In this document: in pieces, positions 60,002-64,000 of the stretch | How the letters are laid out: each line of letters starts with the position of its first letter | Position numbering within the stretch: position 1 is the stretch's first letter | Assembly: GCA_965197745.1 (NCBI GenBank) | Contig: CBDANS010000007.1 | Location: 1,216,001 to 1,280,000, forward strand | DNA: 64,000 bases | Direction: 5' to 3' | From: Opitutales bacterium | GTDB lineage: Bacteria; Verrucomicrobiota; Verrucomicrobiia; Opitutales; PNEW01 | Translations under genes and position numbers: made by a program | Notes under the pieces: model-generated | Databases searched by the model: none | Told to the model about the DNA's origin: nothing | The model's input: only the letters and a program-made list of their open reading frames with translations

Positions 60002-60985
60002 GTGATCCGTTTTTCCGTATTTCTCATCATTGCCGCTGTCCTCACCGCTTGCTCAAGGCATGAAGAATCAGGATATCGTCTCGCCGTCATACCAAAAGGA
60101 TCGACTCATGTATTCTGGAGATCTATACATGCCGGAGCCGTTAAAGCCGAGAGAGAATTTAATGATGCAGGCGTCCCTGTATATATAATTTGGAAAGGTC
60201 CGTTACAGGAAGATAATCGAACCGCGCAAATTTATGTCGTTGAGAATTTTATTGGACAACAGGTAAATGGTATCGTTCTCGCGCCACTTGATGATACCGC
60301 GATTGTGGCACCGGTTGAAAAGGCATACCGAGCAGGGATCCCTGTTGTGGTCATTGATTCCGGTCTTAATTACGATAAACATGTCAGTTTTGTCGCCACC
60401 GATAATTTTAATGGGGGACAGATTGCCGGAAAATACCTGGCCGAACTTCTCGAGGGTAAAGGCAAAGTAATTATGCTTCGGGTCCTCGTCGGCTCTGCCA
60501 GTGGCACGGCGCGGGAAGAAGGATTTTTAGAGGTGATGAAGCAATACCCTGGCATTGAGCTGTTATCGACGAATAAATACGCGGGCGCAACGCGCGATAC
60601 GGCGCAAAGCGCATCACAAAACTTGCTCAATCGTTTTGGTGATGTCGTGGATGGCATATATACCCCCAATGAATCTTCCACCAATGGGATGTTGCTCGCC
60701 CTGCGTGCGATCGGTCGCGCAGGAGGTAAGGTGAAATTTGTGGGTTTCGATGGGGGTGACCAGAATGTTCAGGGACTGGTAAAAGGTGACATTCAAGGGC
60801 TTGTAATACAGGATCCTTTCAACATGGGCTACCTCGGTGTGAAAACAATGCTTGAACACTTGCAGGGCACGATTGTTGAAAAACGGATTGATACGGGTGC
60901 GACCCTCGTGACCCTGGATAATATCCGGAATGAAAAAATTCAAAACCAGCTATTTCCACCCTTAGATGAATATTTAGAATATTAA
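60002..60985 (+). CDS. Sugar ABC transporter substrate-binding lipoprotein (RbsB-like)
   Basis: LTAC lipobox; IPKG...FW, IPVVVIDS, VATDN, GFD, QDP. Confidence 0.88.
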   Translation: MIRFSVFLIIAAVLTACSRHEESGYRLAVIPKGSTHVFWRSIHAGAVKAEREFNDAGVPVYIIWKGPLQEDNRTAQIYVVENFIGQQVNGIVLAPLDDTAIVAPVEKAYRAGIPVVVIDSGLNYDKHVSFVATDNFNGGQIAGKYLAELLEGKGKVIMLRVLVGSASGTAREEGFLEVMKQYPGIELLSTNKYAGATRDTAQSASQNLLNRFGDVVDGIYTPNESSTNGMLLALRAIGRAGGKVKFVGFDGGDQNVQGLVKGDIQGLVIQDPFNMGYLGVKTMLEHLQGTIVEKRIDTGATLVTLDNIRNEKIQNQLFPPLDEYLEY

Positions 60986-61027
60986 TGTTTCAGAAAAATC
61001 AAAACGAGCAACAAAGAGAAAAAATAT

Positions 61028-62206
61028 ATGAATAAACGATTTACCGAGTTGGCAGAATTCTATCGGGATAAACTTCTTAATGACACGATACCATTCTGGG
61101 AGAAATATTCTATCGACCGTGAATGCGGAGGATTTTTCACCTGTCTTGAACGTGACGGGACTGTCTATGATACGGACAAATTTATGTGGCTGCAACCGCG
61201 TCAGGTATGGACATTCGCGATGCTTTACAACCGTTATGAAAAGCGCGATGAGTGGTTGGAGATAGCCAGGCACGGTATTGATTTTGTCACCCGTTATGGT
61301 AAAGACGAAGCAGGTGATTGGTTTTTCAGGCTTACGCGCGAGGGTAAGCCGGTGCTGCACCCCTACAATCCCAATTCCACGGCCCTATTTTCCACTATTG
61401 CCTATGCCGAGTATGCGGCGATAACCCAGGATGAAAAGGATATAGAACTTGCGAGGCAAACATATGATTACCTCGTTTCTGACCGACCCAAACCCTATGC
61501 CCGTTTTGCGAAGGCTTACCCGGGAACGCGCCCCTTGATCGGGTTGGGGGAACCCATGTTTAGAGCCCACGTCTCTTATGAAATAAAGTGGTTAATGGAT
61601 GCGGATGAACTCAATGAAACGATCGATACCTGTATTCAAGCGGTATTCGATAAGTTTCCCGATCCGGATTTAGGAATTTTTCGCGAGAATGTGGCACCTG
61701 ACGGATCATTGGTGGACTCTTTGGAAGGCCGACACGTCAATCCCGGTCACGGTATTGAATGCGTCTGGTTTCTCATGGAAGTTGCTGAATATCGAAAAAA
61801 TACTGAGGCCATAAATAAATGCGTCGAAGTGCTTCTTAAAACATTAGACTTTGCCTGGGATAAAGAATTTGGCGGCATCTATAATTTTATGGATGTGGAA
61901 GGGCACCCGCATCACGATCTTGGATGGAATCAAAAATTATGGTGGCCCCATGACGAATTGCTTATTGCCCTGCCTATGGCTTTCCGCCTTACCGGCAACC
62001 AGGCGTGTTGGGACTGGTTTGAAAAGATCCATGAATATTGCTGGAGCCACTTCAGCGATCCGGAATATGGTGAATGGTATGGGTATTTAGACCGTCGAAG
62101 TGAAGTCTATATGCCCCTTAAAGGCGGCAAGTGGAAGGGGTGTTATCACCACCCGCGAATGTTGTACAAGTGCATGCGCGAGTTTGAAAAGCTTGGTTCC
62201 GGGTGA
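61028..62206 (+). CDS. N-acyl-D-glucosamine 2-epimerase (AGE family)
   Basis: GGFFTCL, DKFMWLQ, NPGHGIE, KLWWPH, KGGKWKGCYHHPR. Confidence 0.88.
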   Translation: MNKRFTELAEFYRDKLLNDTIPFWEKYSIDRECGGFFTCLERDGTVYDTDKFMWLQPRQVWTFAMLYNRYEKRDEWLEIARHGIDFVTRYGKDEAGDWFFRLTREGKPVLHPYNPNSTALFSTIAYAEYAAITQDEKDIELARQTYDYLVSDRPKPYARFAKAYPGTRPLIGLGEPMFRAHVSYEIKWLMDADELNETIDTCIQAVFDKFPDPDLGIFRENVAPDGSLVDSLEGRHVNPGHGIECVWFLMEVAEYRKNTEAINKCVEVLLKTLDFAWDKEFGGIYNFMDVEGHPHHDLGWNQKLWWPHDELLIALPMAFRLTGNQACWDWFEKIHEYCWSHFSDPEYGEWYGYLDRRSEVYMPLKGGKWKGCYHHPRMLYKCMREFEKLGSG

Positions 62207-62238
62207 GTGCGTTTTAAGGCTCGGGTATTCGTTGCCTA

Positions 62239-63111
62239 TTAAAATTGCTCTATTTTCTTTTTTAATCCGTCCAGATCTGACGCGGACGTGATAATATTGG
62301 GAAAATCAGCAAGCAATTTTTCATAATCGGGTATCGAACCCCAGGCTGTAACCGTAAATACATCAATCGCGCCTTTCGCTTGAATACCAAATTTTGCTTT
62401 GAAGTCTTCAGAACGCTGGCGCGAAAGATCAGTCCATTCAGCAAGGTTATAGGGTTTTTCGAGCGGTTGTCCGGACACCCAGGGGAGCCATTCGTTGATT
62501 TGTGATTGATGACAAAAACTCATTTCGCAGATTTGCTCGAAAGCCTCTTCTACGTCAACGACGAGATCAATGGTGTTCGCGCCTCCCATATAATAGTCGA
62601 AGACATTAAGGATAACCGGCACTTTGCATGGTGTTGATGAAGTTTCATCCGCTGGATATTCCGGAGTAAAGGCATGGGGGACATTAATGAGGTAGGCAAT
62701 TTTGCGAACAGCATCGGCGACTCCCGCATGGTCATTATGAACACCCGCAAGGGTGTCGATAGGGACGGGTGGGGAAAAAAGATAATCCGGCTCAAAGTCG
62801 CGAATCGCTTTCCAAAAACCCGATAATAATCCAGGGGTTAGAATGAAGCACCCATCACGGGCCATTTCTCCATTGGGACCAGCCAACTGATCATATTCGT
62901 AACCGCCTATTTTTGCCGATGCCCGTTGTTCTTCAACACGGATTTTTCCCGTGTCCTCACGGGTTTGAAAATGATGGCCCGAGCAACCATCAGTACAGAT
63001 TACAACTTTAGCTCGTAGTTCATTACCCAGCTTGCGCTTCCAAATTTCAAATGTACCGGCAGCCGTAAATTCATAGTCGTCCTGATGGGCGTGCAATATT
63101 TGGATTTTCAT
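62239..63111 (-). CDS. PIG-L/LmbE family deacetylase
   Basis: HAHQDDYE, CTDG, HNDH, HQSQ. Confidence 0.85.
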   Translation of the reverse strand: MKIQILHAHQDDYEFTAAGTFEIWKRKLGNELRAKVVICTDGCSGHHFQTREDTGKIRVEEQRASAKIGGYEYDQLAGPNGEMARDGCFILTPGLLSGFWKAIRDFEPDYLFSPPVPIDTLAGVHNDHAGVADAVRKIAYLINVPHAFTPEYPADETSSTPCKVPVILNVFDYYMGGANTIDLVVDVEEAFEQICEMSFCHQSQINEWLPWVSGQPLEKPYNLAEWTDLSRQRSEDFKAKFGIQAKGAIDVFTVTAWGSIPDYEKLLADFPNIITSASDLDGLKKKIEQF

Positions 63112-63123
63112 CTGATTTGTATA

Positions 63124-64000
63124 TTAATATCCCTCTTCTTTGTCGACTAAACCATTGAGTGAATCGCCTGCTTGAAAAGCTTTCAGGTTATCAAAAAATA
63201 AATCGAGGCATTGCTGTTCCTGTTCGAGAGAATTCCCCCGGCAAGGGGTTATGATCACGTTGTATCTTTTCCAGAATGATGAATCTATAGACGGCATATC
63301 CGTATCCGGAGCTGGAGGAACAGGTTGAAAACAGACTCCAGCTATCCTTTCTTCCCCGATAGCCTGCTCTATCGCTTTATAATTATAAACATTGGGCCTA
63401 CCGGTACAGTCAATCAGGTAAGCGGTATTTTTCATGTGTTTGAGAATAGAATCATCAACCATTCCTTGTGTCTTTTCTGTTAACGGTACCGCGATGACCA
63501 CAAAATCAGAATTAACTAACATCTCATCGATGTTCTCGGGGAAATACATTTTATCCACCCCCATATGGTTATCCATCGACTGGCGAGCCGTTCCCAAAAC
63601 GCGCATTCCTAGCGATTTTGCCAACTGAGCAAGGGAACGACCTATATTTCCCATGCCAATAATTCCCACGGTCTTGCCATTTAAATCGTTCGGTATAAGG
63701 AGCTCCTCGCGACCATCTTTTCCTCTTCGGGGAATAGGTTCTGCGCCTATTCCCTGGGCGAGAGCCTCAGTTCCGATTACATAATGGATACGATGAGAAA
63801 AGATGAGCATGGCGCCTATCGCATGTTCTGCGCCGGCAAGACCGTAACAGGGTTTGCTGCAGGTAAGGGGAATAGGGCTGGCGACCATGCTGGGAAATAA
63901 ATAGCTTCCTGCACCACCGACGAGTGCATGTATCCACTTCAGTTCTGTTCCCGCGCTTAATATCTCATCATCTAATTCCCCGATAAAAGCGACATCAGCA
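63124..64000 (-). CDS. D-2-hydroxyacid dehydrogenase-family protein, 5' end outside the window
   Basis: Frame open to the window edge (…LKWIH…); GIIGMGNIG, VPLTEKTQGM. Confidence 0.82.
   Translation of the reverse strand, partial: ADVAFIGELDDEILSAGTELKWIHALVGGAGSYLFPSMVASPIPLTCSKPCYGLAGAEHAIGAMLIFSHRIHYVIGTEALAQGIGAEPIPRRGKDGREELLIPNDLNGKTVGIIGMGNIGRSLAQLAKSLGMRVLGTARQSMDNHMGVDKMYFPENIDEMLVNSDFVVIAVPLTEKTQGMVDDSILKHMKNTAYLIDCTGRPNVYNYKAIEQAIGEERIAGVCFQPVPPAPDTDMPSIDSSFWKRYNVIITPCRGNSLEQEQQCLDLFFDNLKAFQAGDSLNGLVDKEEGY

Noticed and set aside
1..64000. Many 60-170 aa ORFs overlapping or antisense to called genes (for example 2314-2733, 6448-6876, 23829-24203, 40014-40529, 49358-49828)
   Set aside because: They are shadows of well-supported genes and have no recognisable motifs.

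Overview
This is a ~43% GC (estimated by eye) bacterial chromosomal window, most consistent with Verrucomicrobiota of the Opitutales type. That assignment is inferred from the murC-murB fusion, the LysM gene between murD and ftsW, and the style of the orphan proteins. Positions 1-31 kb are accessory catabolism and transport genes: two MFS transporters, an amidohydrolase, four PhyH-type Fe/2OG dioxygenases, Gfo/Idh/MocA, SDR, AKR and enolase-family enzymes, FG-GAP and glycoside-hydrolase-like proteins, and a doubly frameshifted RCC1-repeat secreted protein. They are mixed with yihY, nadK, tlyA and a Mesh1-like alarmone hydrolase. Positions 31.4-50.7 kb are a complete dcw cluster (mraZ to ftsZ), followed by a lone purS. 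The most interesting region is 51-64 kb. A DapA/NanA-family aldolase with a C-terminal encapsulation-peptide-like helix is followed by a tandem-domain bacterial microcompartment (BMC) shell protein, a GH33 sialidase and a C45 hydrolase. This block is bracketed by nested palindromic REP/REPIN-like cassettes. An AcoAB-like dehydrogenase, a sugar-binding protein, an N-acylglucosamine 2-epimerase and an LmbE deacetylase lie close by. Together these suggest a candidate satellite microcompartment module for sugar-acid or nonulosonic-acid catabolism. No rRNA, tRNA, CRISPR array or transposase was recognised. All family calls come from motif recognition only; no searches were run.
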